Part shown: piece by piece, positions 39,475 through 52,369 of the stretch
Numbering within the stretch: position 1 is the stretch's first letter
Layout of the letters: each line of letters begins with the position of its first letter
Origin: Tricharina praecox
Lineage: Eukaryota
DNA length: 64,000 bases
Reading direction: 5' to 3'
Assembly: GCF_024521635.1 (NCBI RefSeq)
Contig: NW_026250409.1
Span: 1,302,001-1,366,000 of the forward strand
Made by a program: the position numbers and the translations under genes
The notes under the pieces: model-generated
The model's database searches: none
Told to the model about the DNA's origin: nothing
Seen by the model: only the letters and a program-made list of their open reading frames with translations

Positions 39475-42089
39475 GGTTACTGATGAGTCAGGAGAAAGAT
39501 GGAGGAGAACGGAGGAAGGAGGAGCGAGGCCTATAAACTCAAGAGTCAGTGGGTTGTCTTATACCGATGAGCGGGGGACAGCGAGAGTTTATATGATATC
39601 TGGTGCAGCTCGCCAGCAATGACACGATTGCAGCAATATCTTTGCCGCCGCAGACAACAGCCAGCAGCGGAAATCAATGCCGGCGATCATCATCGGATGG
39701 GATGGCTGGAGAGATGGGCAAAGGATATAGATTGGGGTCTGCAGAACTCACCGGCAGAATGCTGCTTAGCTGTCGAGACGAGGAGGGCGTTGTTGAAGCG
39801 GGAAGAGCGGATGCAGAAGAGAATGTATCCGAGCAGTGGGCACGCTTTCCTTTTAAACCAACCCGCTCAAGTGGCCGGTCGAGCGCAAAGGGCGGTCTGG
39901 CGGCCGTGGAATGGAAGCTCCGGGTATCGTCAATTGCATATGGAGGGTTCACGATGGTGTTTGCCTCGTGGACTGTCCTGAGTGCCGACAAGTCCGGCCG
40001 GGGAAAGTCCGGATAGCAGTGCTGTCGACCGCTTTGGGCGAAAGCGCCGAACGCGAAGGGATGAGCTTCTTCCCCACCATCCAGCCCATGCGGATAATTG
40101 AGGCGGGCGCATTGAAGACCTAAGTAAGTAAGGAGACTAATCACCTGCCGCACACGTACTGCAGAGTACTCTGCTCCAGAGCAGCGCGAGGGATCGTCGA
40201 ATGCGGATGGCTTGTTTGCCTCGTCCGCGCCTCTTTTCCGACCTTCCCATCTACCCATGGAAGCCATTTATTATTCGGACACGCAGCCATCTTCCGGGCA
40301 TGGAGCCTTTCTCCGAGTCGCGAGTCTTTACATAATTCCTCAGTCCCAGCACTTCATCGCGCTAAAAACCTCCAGATACTCGATGCCCAGCCACGAGTGG
40401 ATACCGCTGTTGATCCACCACCGAGCTTCGCCATCCGCGGCATATCGGCACCCCGCTTTCCCCCACTACGCCATGGCTCGCGCATCCCTGTCCCGCCACT
40501 AACTAATCCACGCCCACGACGAATCCACGGGTTATCCATCTAGCCCATGCCATCAGATCACGTCAAAAAAGCGTGGCGCGAGCGCGATGATTGCCAGCAG
40601 TTATGCAAGGGCTATCGTCGACCGTTCGTCGCCGTCGTTATTGCGCGCGCCCGCTCCCGGCAAGGGGCCCTGCGGCACGGACTTCCTCCCGCGGCTGCTT
40701 CCACTACTCGCGTAGGGTTCGCGGGAATTTCGGGGGACGACAATAGTAGACGTCGGCTGGCACGGCGACGGAGTCGAGCTCCCCCCTAGGGTACTTGGGT
40801 TTCACGCTGTGTGCGCTGTGGGGTAGCTACCCATAGTTAGGCACCTGACTGGCAAGCTGTGTGTATGTGTGTACGCCATCTCATTCCGACACGTAAGATT
40901 TCACTGGCACGTTTTTGTTTCATCTACTGGTACTATAGTTCTACACGTTTCGCACGTCGCCCGGAGGATGGCACGGATGTAACCCGTCGTACGACACGGC
41001 AGGAGTCGAGATGCTTCCCCGGTGTAACCGCGCAGCAGATGGATTCCGCATGCCCACTGGCTGCGGATTGCAATCCACGCATGAGACATGCAAGGCGGAT
41101 AGGTATGCTTGGAAGTCGGACAATAGGTCGGTATGCAAGGTTGAGAAGTAGGTAGGTACGCAGTTGAAGTCGGAAATGCAGGATTGAAACCTCCATGGCG
41201 AAGCTCACATTCGCTAACGGCTCACATCTTCATTTGCAATGCCTGTTCTGTGGCCACCGACGACCCACGAAATGGCGATGCTCACCCGGATGAGCGGAGC
41301 GTAGGTATCGCACTCCCGAAAAGCCACCTACCTACCAGACGGAACCACCGGCTGGAAGTGAGCCCTCCTGAGACACCGGAAAGAGGCATATATGTATCAT
41401 AGATGTTAGGTTGAGTTTTGGACGTATGTAGCGCGTGGTGAGCTCATATATAGTACCTACCTAGGCCGTTGATCAACGCTACCCATGGGCCCATCCGGGT
41501 GTGAAACCCCCAGCTCATGGTAACTACATTGTACTTCAAGAAAGGCCGCACAGCTACCGCGGAAATCGCGAGCGTATATATTGGAGACAGTCGAAGAAAG
41601 GCCTTGCCAAGCTTAACAACCCCCCCCCCCCCGGGTACCTAATCCACCAACCAGTCCTGACATCTTCCTGGGAGCTCGGTTGTGCGGAGTCAGCGGAGTC
41701 GGCGGACGGCGTTTGAACCACGAAGGCAAGGCCTCCAGCGAACCCGAATCGATACTATGTGGTAGACTATGGTATACTTGCCTCCAACTCAAACAGAGCG
41801 TGCGGTATATGTCTGCTTTCGAGATGTTCTAGCATTACTACTTCTCGTTATCGAGAAATCTTCATGTTTTTATACCTACCGGTGCACGGACTCGCGCACG
41901 GACGCTGCCCGACATCCGGAGATACCCGCATTCCCTTCCCTTCCCTGACCCATCATACCGTGGATACATAGTCACGTTACATGCATATGTATTATACTCG
42001 CCTCCGTCCGGCTGACGTTATTGATCATTGATGGGCAGCCGCCTTAAGCTTGTATTTATTTATTGCCTTATGCATGTTCGAAACGCCTG

Positions 42090-42133
42090 CCTCTTGCCTC
42101 TTGCCTCTTGCCTCTTGCCTCTTGCCTCTTGCC
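42090..42133. repeat. (CCTCTTG)n heptamer repeat
   Basis: About six tandem copies. Confidence 0.85.
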
Positions 42134-42481
42134 TTACCTTGCGACACAGGCACGTTCCAGGTAGGCCGGAGACCATGCGTGGGGGTGGGGCGGGGAATGG
42201 CTGTGAATGTGGCTGAACGATGGACAACCCGTTCCCGCTCCTTCCCCAGCGTCTACCGAGGTACTCTACGATACGTAAGAGGGTGAGGGTTTGAGTGATC
42301 ATCAGGTGTCACGGTTGACGGTTTTATGTATGGCAGGAGTGCGATGGGCATACTTCCTATACTATATACCTCCTAGCACATCGATATGGATTTCCCGCAG
42401 ACATGTGGATGCTTGAACTAGCACCAAACATTCCTCCGACGTTCCCATCCCAATTATTACACCTATTTACACCTCACCTAA

Positions 42482-44940
42482 CTACAAATTCAACACGACC
42501 GGCGAGCTTCCCTCATGTCTCTTCCCCTCCTTCCCATGATCGCACCCCGCACACCCGGGCTCACACGTACACTTCCTGCCATCCCCGTCACTGACCTCAC
42601 ACGTACATGTCGTCTTATCCGGCGGCACAGAGCACTCGTGGACATTCTTCTCGTGGCCGCCGCAGGGACAACCCGTGGCTCCGGGAAGACACCTGCACGC
42701 GTCTGTAGGCGCGTCCTTGTTTCCGCAGGTGCACTTTGTGGGACTGAAGGGCGAGGATTGCTGTAGTTCCGCGAACAGTCGGTCGTCGCCGTACAAGGGG
42801 GAGGGGTCGGTAGCCAGCGTGGAAGCCGCGATTGGAGTGGGTGAAATGACGGTTGGCTTTGTGGAAGGGACGGTGGATGTAGAGGACGTGGCGGGAGCTA
42901 GCAATGTGGCTTCGGGTGTGTCCGATGATGTGGAAACGACCGTGTCCGGCACGATCAGTGGCGCCATCGTGTCCGGGGCAGCAATGAACATCGGCACGAA
43001 CGGCGCGGCGGTTGCTGAGAGGGACGAGTGGCGCGCCGTTTGGTACGGCCCCGCCATCGATGCCGCCGCGTCTGAGGTCGGCATGGGCGAATCATCGTTC
43101 CTATTGTAGTCCGAAGCGGCGACCGTCGTCTGCTCGCTCTCGTCCACCTTGTAATCCGACGCGCCCACCGTGGAATAGAAACACACCCCAGTCGTAGCCT
43201 TACCGCAGGTTTGCGGGTCGACGCAATCGCAGACCGCGCCGCTGGGCTTATCGTCCAGGCCCAACCCACTCACGCCCAGATCTCCGAGCTCCCGCCACTC
43301 CTTCGGCACGGCGCCCATCCCCGGCTTCGGCCCGTGCTGCGCCACCCTCGCCGTCGGATTGCTCCAGCTCTTGCGCGCGCACCCCCGACACGCACACGTT
43401 GTCGGCGAGCATGAGCACACGCCCATGTTGCCCTCGCACTCGCACACGGTCAGCCCCGTGCCGACGAGGGAATGGCTCCTGTGTTCCCTTCCGGTGCGCA
43501 CATCCGTGACCGAGACTGGCGCGCGCTGCTCCTCCTCCCCCCCTTCCTCGTCTGCCCGAAGCTTCAGCAGCGAGTTGACGAGATCGACGATGCACGTCTC
43601 GAGCGGGCGGTAGGACATTCCCAGCTCGCGGACGGACTTGCTATTGTCGACGGCGTAGTGCAGCGGCGGCAGCGGCGCCCCAGCCGGGTTCGGCGTGAGC
43701 CCCGTGTTGACGAGATGCGGAAACCGCTTCTGGATGATCTTGCACACCTCCGTGTAGGAATATCCTCCGGCAGCAACCAAGAACCGATCCTCCATGCCCG
43801 CACGCTTCCGCGGCGCCTCCAGCGCGCGCACGTGTGCCTCCGCCGCATCCCGCACGTCCACCCACGCGTACATCTTCGTCTCCGGTACGGACTTCTCGCT
43901 GCCATTGATGAGCCGGTAGATATCCGCCGTGCTGGTGTTCAGCGTGTCCAGCCGGGTGTGGTGCTCGATCGGCCCGTACACCATGGGACAGCACACGGTG
44001 GCTAGCGAGAACCCCGGGCGGCTGGTGGAGTGCGCGGACGTGTGCTTCTCCATGAAGTCCCACGCCTCGTGCTCGGCGAGGATCTTGGCGGCGCTGTAGG
44101 CGATCGACTCGGGAGCGCGCGCCGCCTCCTCATACGTAATCGGGTTCCAGTCGAGTTCGTTGTATGTGTAGTCCGGGCGCAGGCCGGCGTCGGGGCTGAC
44201 GATCGCGGCGAAGCTGGAGCTCATCACTACCCGTCTACACTCGGGATTGTACTGCAAGATGGAGGCGAGGAGGTTTGTGGTCCCCCGGATCGCCGGGTCC
44301 AGCAGCGTGAGGCGGTTGTCGATCGGGCCGTTGGGTACAGAGGGGGAGGCCGTGTGGATCACCTTTCCCCGCAGAATCAGCAGCGATCCGGAATGATGGT
44401 CATGACGGGAGACAAACCCCCTTCACCCCTTTGACAGCCTCATCGTACGCCCATGGCACTGTGGAGTCTTCGATAACCACGAACGACAGACTCTCCATCT
44501 GCAGCGGCCGAAGCTTCCGGATGTCGTCTGCCTTCGACGGTGATCGAACCGCGCACTTGACATTGTACCCTGCGTTGAGCAGCGCCGAGATGACGTGCGC
44601 AGCAACGAATCCAGACGCACCTAGACATCCGTATGTAGGTATCAGCAACGACCGCCGCCGCATGATGGAGGAGAGGGGAGGGGCATGTAGAACCAGTCAA
44701 CAAAATCCAATCCCCCTTCTGCACACCCGTGACCTCCGTCTTGCTTGCAACAATCTCCTCTTCCCTTTCCTTCACCTCCTGCGTTTCCTTTTCCTCTTTG
44801 CCACCCCGGTTTAGTGCCTCCTTCTCCTCCTCCTTCCGCCTCCGCTCCTCGGCAAGCACCTCGTCGTGCGACGGTCCATCGTCGGTCTTACTGGTGAACA
44901 CACCGACCGTGTCATGAATGACTTTCGCGAGCGTATCCAT
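42482..44940 (-). CDS. Extended SDR (NAD(P)-dependent epimerase/aldehyde reductase, Gre2/DFR-like) with long Cys-rich C-terminal extension; exons 44940-44694, 44620-44418, 44362-42482
   Basis: ILLTG|ASGFVA nucleotide-binding motif, VIHTASP, PAI.GT.NLL, SSFAAI, catalytic YSAAK (YxxxK), VDVRD.AEAHV.ALE. The frame stays open ~350 aa past the SDR end. Confidence 0.88.
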
Positions 44941-46483
44941 CTTATCTTTTCCTGTTCGTTCGTTCCGAATATAGTTTTGTTTCCGTGCAGCAGTCAGATG
45001 CGAGGGGGGTGGGGGAGGGCTGGGCCACAGCTTTATGCAAGGAGGAGGGTGTGCATTCCGCCGCGCTGGAAGTTTCAACTTTCAAGTACCAGCCAACCAG
45101 CCAGCCAGGCCATCATTACGATCATTACGAAGTGTGAGGTCATGGTGCGCTGATGCGGTGATGTGATGCGCGATGCGATGCGCCACGGCAGGTGGCGAAC
45201 GCGAGGAAATAAGGGTCCTCCCTCACACCTCCACCTCCACCTCCACCTCCCTCCTGACGAAAAAGAAGCGTATGTACTCTAGTGGCCTGCCTCGACGTCA
45301 CGGCGAGTGAAACCCCGCGTGTAACCCCCTAATGCCCGCGGCGCGCGTCGTCAGCTGTCCGTGGCATGCCGAAAGTCACAGGTGGTCACTCACGTTCTAC
45401 TCTACGGCGCCGGCTGCCATACATGGGCTACTATAGGTAGGCCCACTCGGTAGTGAGAGACCCACCCATGTCCAGATTATGGCGTCCGGAGCACGTGAAA
45501 GATCGCTCCTCATGTCACGTCCGCTGTAAGGTGGTGGTGAAGTTTTAACTTTCAAGGAGCACTGTTTTCAGTTCTGAAGGAGTCAAGGACTCGGTCATGC
45601 GAACTGTATCCGGGGGGAGTCAAGGAGGAGATATATTCTGCTGTCTGGTCTGCTGTCTGGTCTCGTCCCTAGCTCCGGCGGGTCTATCTCCCGAGTCCCA
45701 AGCCAAACACATTCTGTACATATAGAAGGGCACTGGCCCGGAGTAGAAGAAGCAAGCAAGCAACAAAATAGTTCTATCTTCCTACTAATTATCTTATCTA
45801 GGTATCTCGGTATCTTTGACAACCCAAAAATGGGCGAGCAACAAAAACGTGATCAATTGAAATACATAGTAGAGGTCTCGTTCGATGATTATGATCATGA
45901 TTTACATACAAGGTGATGTCTGATGGGGATCACCACAGAAAGAATAGAAATAGTGAGTGACAACAGAAATAGTGACAGCAGAAACAAACTTTAAACGTTG
46001 CACGACCGCATCGGGTCTGCATCGGGTCTGCATAGGGTCCCACTAGGTCTCGGCATGGTCTCAGCAAGGTCTCGTCTCTTCGGCGCTCAGTGCACACCGA
46101 TGACACCAAGCCGCCGCCGCCGCCTCCGCGCTCTGCGCTCCTCAATGGTTGTGGGTTACACCTGTACTACTACCTCACTCGATAGGATACTCCGACGGTG
46201 GATTGGCCGCGCTACAATAAGCTACATACGCACATGGCGTACTGTGCGTGAGACAGATGGCAGTACCCTTTATGGTGTTCCTAACTGTGAGGCTACGGGG
46301 CAACGATTATGACAACATTGTTTCTGTTTAAGTGCACGCAGGATCAATCACCCAGCAGCGAATGATAATAAAACTTCAAATATCCCATTCACCAACCATC
46401 CACCCATCTCCACCGCCCCTGCTTCATCTTCAAATTTCAATATCTTCGTGTACACGTTTATACCCCCCACCCGTCCCGTCCAT

Positions 46484-49400
46484 CTAGTAACTCCCAACAA
46501 ACGCCTTCGCCTTAATCCTCCTACTACTAGTACCCACCAAGACACCGACGCCAGGGGCGGGAATGACCCAGTTCTGCCTGACGACGTCCCAGTAGCTCAG
46601 ATCCCTTCTCGTGAGCTTAAACGCCACCTTCCTGCTCTCGCCCGGTCGTAGGAAGACCTTCTCGAAGCCGCGGAGGGTTTTCGGTGGGAACGCTATTTTC
46701 ATTAGCACGGTTTGACTCAGGAGGTGGGGGAGGGGGAGTGGGAGGGGGTGCTAACGAATCGGCCCGCTCTGCGGGAACTCAAGGTATAGCTGCGCGACCT
46801 CTGCGCCGGCGACCTTGCCAGTGTTCTTGACTGTGACGGAGACCTCGGCCAGGACCTCCCAGAGCGCGGGGTTGCCGCCCTGGCCGCCGCCGGCCTGGCT
46901 GGGCTTCTGCACGGTGGTGTAGCCTTCGGGGTAGGGGTACGCGCCGACGGTGACGTTGGCCGCGTCCAGGTACGGGTAGATGAAGCGGTTGATCTTGGTG
47001 AAACCCTGGGGGTAGAGCGCTAAGGATTGGTCCGGGAGCGTGGTGTTGTAGACGGGCGGCTTTGCTGTGGCGCGGGGGCGCGCGGCGGGCAGCGGCGTGA
47101 GCTTGCCCTTCTTTGTCGTCTTGAGCTGCGAGTATGAGAAGGTGGTGTATGAGAGCCCGAAGCCGAACTCGAAGCGCGGCGTGATCTTTTGCTGGTCGAA
47201 GTGTCGGTAGTCGACGAAGATGCCGTCGGTGAAGTCCGACTGCGGCGGCACTGCGTTCTCCGTGTAGATTATTCCCGCGGCCGCGCCGTAGTCGGCGAGC
47301 GACTTGCCGATGGTGTAGGGGAGCTTGCCTGAGGGGTTGACGGCGCCCCAGAGGACGTCGACGAGGGCGCTGCCGCTCTCCATTCCGGGGAGGTGCGCCC
47401 AGACGATAGAGCGGACTTGACGCTTGGTCGCCCATTTCTCCATGATTATGGGGCCGACGCTGTGCACGATGACGACGGTCTTCTCGCACGCGTTGGCGAC
47501 GGCAAGGACGAGTTCATCGCCACCCTTTTGTGTGTTGAGATCGTTGCGATCACCAGCTACGTCTTCCCACGTGAGGTATCCTTCGCCGGAATCGGCATTG
47601 ACGAAGACGAGGCAGACGTCCTGCTTGGCCGCGGACGCGGCGATCTCGGATGTCAGGTTGTTCTGGGTGATGGAAGTGACTACTCCGCCGTACGACTTCG
47701 CTTTCGCGGTAATGGCCGAGAGCGGGTCGATGAGATACTCGAATTCCGTGCTTCCACTTCCCCAGCCGACTGCCAGTGTTCCCACATTGCAGCCCCGGTC
47801 GACGCAGACGTTCGGTCCGCCCGCTGGTAGCGCAGCATCTTCGCCGTAAACACCGATCTTCATCTGCTTCTTGAGCGGCAGAGTTGAGCCCTCGTTCTTG
47901 AGGAGTGCAATCGCCTCGGCGGCGATCTTCCGCGTCAGAGCTGGATGGTCCGCCATCACATTGACGTGCTGGTTTATCAAACCGACCGGAGGCTCGTAGG
48001 AGCCATAGTAGATGTTACCGGTATCGTTTTGTGTCCATGAGCTGAAGTTGGGCTCTGGGTAGTCAGAGTCCTGGCCGAGCTGATACCACGCGGCAACTGT
48101 TTTCGTCAGCATCGCTGTGGTGGGTATGATCCCACGCGTTCTAGGTCTGCGTACCAATTCGTGTAGCCATGTCATCCAATCGCTCAATCGGCACAGAGGA
48201 ATTTAGCACTGCTTCAGTGAGGCGCGGGCCGAGCATAGGAACTCTGTCGTCCCAGACATAACCATCGCCTGTAAGGTCTGTCAGCGAACATTCGCACCTC
48301 GCTCGCAATCCACGGAAACCTACCAGGCATGGACATGTCCATCCCCGCCAATACCGAACCAACTCCACTCATTTGCGCCAGCCAATCACTCATGATGAAT
48401 CCCTGGAATCCCAGCTGATCTTTCAAAACATTATTCTGCAGCCAGGAGTTCTGGCATGCGGCAGAATTATTGACACGGTTGTACGAGCACATGACTGCGC
48501 CTACTCCGGCCTTGACACTGTCCTGGAAGGGCCAGAGGTAGACCTCGTGCAGAGTACGGTCGTCGATATTCGACGAGATGGCGCCGGGGCCTTGTCGGTA
48601 GTGCTCTTGCTCGTTGGCGATGAAGTGTTTCGCCGTGGCGATGACACCCTGCGATTGCATGCCCACTACCGTCTCGTAGGATGCGGCACCCTGAAGATAG
48701 GGGTCCGAACCGAAGCCTTCCCAGTTTCTACCACCGGCCGGGTGCTTTCCCAAAGCGCCTGAAGAACATGTCAGTCCACATATTCGCAGAGAGGAGGGTG
48801 AAACATCATACCCATAGCCGGACCCAATGCTACGTTAACACCCTTCCCCCTAAACTCCGCCGCAATAGCCTCTCCACGCTGTCTCATCAAGTCCTTATCC
48901 CAAGTTCCTACGTCCGTTCATCAGCCCTCTCTCTCTTCACGAGCACCCACGTATGTATCGAGCCATACCACCAGTCGTGATCCCCGCCGGGAACGAAGTA
49001 ATCTTATCTCCGAACCTAACACCCAACGGGCCGTCCTGGAGACAAATCGACGGGAAGCCGAGCCGCGGTACTGCTCCGGTGTTGCCCACGCAAGGACCCA
49101 TCTGCCATCCCGTTCCGGTGGTAACGTTCACTTGCACGCCATGTCAGGACTCGGTGGTAAAGGTGGTGTGGCATCAGTAGGCACATACCCTTCTCCGTCA
49201 ATGTCATCTGCGACACCAGATCGGCCGCCTTGCGGTATGATTCCTCCCATGATTTTACGGTGCCTCCGAGAGCTATATGTATGCCGGAGTTAGCCACAGT
49301 GTCCGAAGGGAGTGTGTATGTACACAGATGGGGACCACCAACGCGTCGGGTACCAAGGCGGACTGGTGGTAGCGATGCCCTGGCGCGGTTCGAGCGGCGC

Positions 49401-49790
49401 CGAAGCGGCAAAGAGCGAGTAGCCCAGCAACACGGCAGCAGTAAGTCCGATCATCGTGAGAGCTCTCCGTCGAGTCAAGATAACGTCTGCGACGCTGCTG
49501 GCCCAATTCCGGGGGGCGGGTCTTTTAAAGACGATAAAGCTGCTGCTGCTGCCGTCGCTGCCATCATCGTCATCGCTGTCGTCGTAGTACCCGTCTTCTT
49601 CCCCGTCTTCAGAGGCGGATTCAGATGCGGAATCATCACTCTGCAGAACCAATCTCCGGGTCTCCTGCATGGCGAGATCGTCTGTGTATCGCTCCCCCCC
49701 CTTGCCATCTTCCGCTGGCAGCCGTCGTTCTCCCCGCGTCCTGTTGTACCCCGCTGCCATCTCCAGGTCCAAGTCATGCATGGTCGTCAT
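46484..49790 (-). CDS. Glycoside hydrolase family 3 beta-glucosidase with N-terminal membrane anchor (BglE-like), multi-exon
   Basis: [55 protein letters not shown], catalytic [28 protein letters not shown], Fn3-like GAEVAQLY / LRGFEKV. Hydrophobic segment after RRR. Start codon inferred. Confidence 0.93.
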
Positions 49791-51141
49791 CTGTGGTGGT
49801 TGTCGAGGAGGAAGGTGTTGTGCGCTCTCTCGTAGTTCGTTACGGGCGTACTCTACAAGTATTACTCCATCCACCTAGGTATGAACTATCGACTGTTGGA
49901 TGATGTCCGGTCCGGCATTGTCCCCTGCTGGTCGCTATACCCCCGGCGATCAACACAACTATACTGCATCCGGTCGCTGCTCGGTGTAACGTGCGAGCGA
50001 ACTGAAGTCTGACCAGTCACGATTCACCATGCGGGGTGCAGCTGGCTGCGGGTGGCCGTTGGAGATGTAAATAAACATCCGCCTGCCCCCGACGCCGAGT
50101 CGACACCGGACTTTGGCCCGCGCGAAGGAGTCAGCAGTCAATTGCAACCGTCGTACGCAGTTACTCGGAGGATTGCCAGTGAGCGGGTTCCACCCATCGT
50201 CCCGTCTGACAGTAGAGTACCTGCTCATACATAGAATACCGACACGGCAATTCGATGTCCGACGTCGGTCTCCTGCCCGACCACCGACCACCGACCACCG
50301 ACCGTGTGGGTTATGCACCGATGAGTGGCGCTATTGCTCCGCACTTCGATGCAGGTACATGCATACATGCACACCATAAAGTCCGCCACATATGCATATC
50401 CCGTCATTCTATCCGCCACTTGGGAACACACGGCCCGACCAGCCATTAGTACCGTCCTCCGTTACCAGGATGGTCCACTTTTTACGCGCAGAGTTCGCAG
50501 CTCGACTTCGGGACGTCGTTTCCGCGAGGAGATGCACAAGTACCTCCACCCAACACCACAAGCAATATCTGCTGATTTGATATGGTATATGTTGGTTGCA
50601 CTGCAGGTGGATTCGGCAGTCGACGAACATAGACATGGAGTTCTCCTCCGCCCATCTTCGCGAGCACAGCAGCTACTAGGTAGGGAGGTACTCAATCCGC
50701 CTGTTTATTGCCAAGTGACATCACCGAGGGCCATTGACCTTCCTGCACCAACCTCACCCACCGTATTGTGGCTTCCCCTTCCCTCCCCACACCCTCCCCA
50801 CACCCTCCCCGCGCCCTCCCCACACCCTCCCCGCGCCCCCTCCCCGCAATTACTAGCGATGCCCAACTCTAGGCACCCACAACCCACGCCCCCAACCGAA
50901 GTCGATCCCGCGGGGTTCTAACCGGGCACCACAGCACCAGGCGAGCTCGCGAGTCGAGTCGAGTCAAAAATATGCAGTTCGCCTCCAGCGTGCAACTTGA
51001 ACACCGGGCGTATGTATATTGCGGTTCGTCCCCGTCCCCGTCCCCGTCCCCGTCCTCGATCTCTAGCTTCTGGATTCGGGAACCCGTACGTGCATCGATA
51101 CGATCGTGCCTTGGTCTTGGAGTTGGTCCTGCGGTTCGCCG

Positions 51142-51142
<1 letters not shown>

Positions 51143-51175
<33 letters not shown>
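51143..51175. repeat. Poly-G tract (33 nt)
   Basis: Homopolymer run seen directly. Confidence 0.9.
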
Positions 51176-52369
51176 CGGCTGGGGGGCCTGAAGGATGATT
51201 GTGGATGTGATTGTGAATGGCTTTGCAGAAAAGCAAAAGCAAAAGCAGCAGCAGAATACCCCCCCCACATACTTACCTAGGACTTGGAGCCGGACGATGG
51301 CCAGACCAGCAAAGCCCGCTCATCGATCCGATAGTTTGTAGGACAACCGGCCCACCGTCCTAGTGTCCGGCCAACACAACACAACAGTGATCGAAGTCTC
51401 TTCTACCTACCAGGTAGTATGAAGGTAAGTACATAGGCCAATCGACGCTCGGAGCGGCCGAGAAACTCCACGCTTCGTACATACGATGCGAGGGCTCAAA
51501 TCTTAAAATACGGTGCATGTATGACCGGTGTTTATCCGCACACTGCAGTTTACAGTACCTACTACCTACTACCTAGTGCCGTTGACAAGTACTAGGCAAG
51601 TACTTAGAGACCTCCGACGGGTAGAGTACGGGCAACTGGTGAGACCGATCGAATTGACCAGAAAGCAACAAGAAAAGAAAGAAGCCAGTGTTCTTCAGAC
51701 TGGATAACCTCCAAGTAGAGTACCTCTGCGGTGTTGACAATGTCTCATGTCTGATGTGTTGAATGACAGCCCGACCGACCAGACGAACACAAAAGCAGCA
51801 GCAGAGAACATCTCAAGTTATCAACGTTGAGGTGACCAAATCGGGTCTGGCCTTGAATCCCACAATACTAGTAGTTAGTCCACTAGAGTGGACAACGAGT
51901 AGCTTGACCACCTCCTTCTGATTATATCATTCATCATCACTCGTCCATACCCATCTGACAGTGAGGACGAAATTATGTCGTTGAATCACCATGCGAATCC
52001 CCACTAACCCGTCCACCGTCGATTTTCAACAGCCATGCCATGTATTCATTACCACCCACCTACCCACCTAGGTACATCTAGAAACCCAAGTATCACGCAT
52101 CTAGTTATATCCTCCCATAGTTACCACCCCCAACCCAAAAGCAATAGGTAAAGTGCCATAATGAAGGAAACCCCAGGCCCAAATTCGCAGGATGGCTCTG
52201 CCGGGTATAATGTATAATGTATTTACCACCGAAATAATCCCAGGTACCGGTATTCACACCTCGCGGCTCACCCTCACACCTCACACCTCAGCCCTCCCCA
52301 AAGAAAAGATAAAAACAAGTCATTAACATCCCGCTCGCTTATGTATGTATAAACTCCAACTCCACTCTC

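Noticed and set aside
21154..49790. Secondary-metabolite cluster (P450, FDH, reductase, GH3)
   Set aside because: No backbone synthase, transporter or regulator, and the genes are widely spaced.
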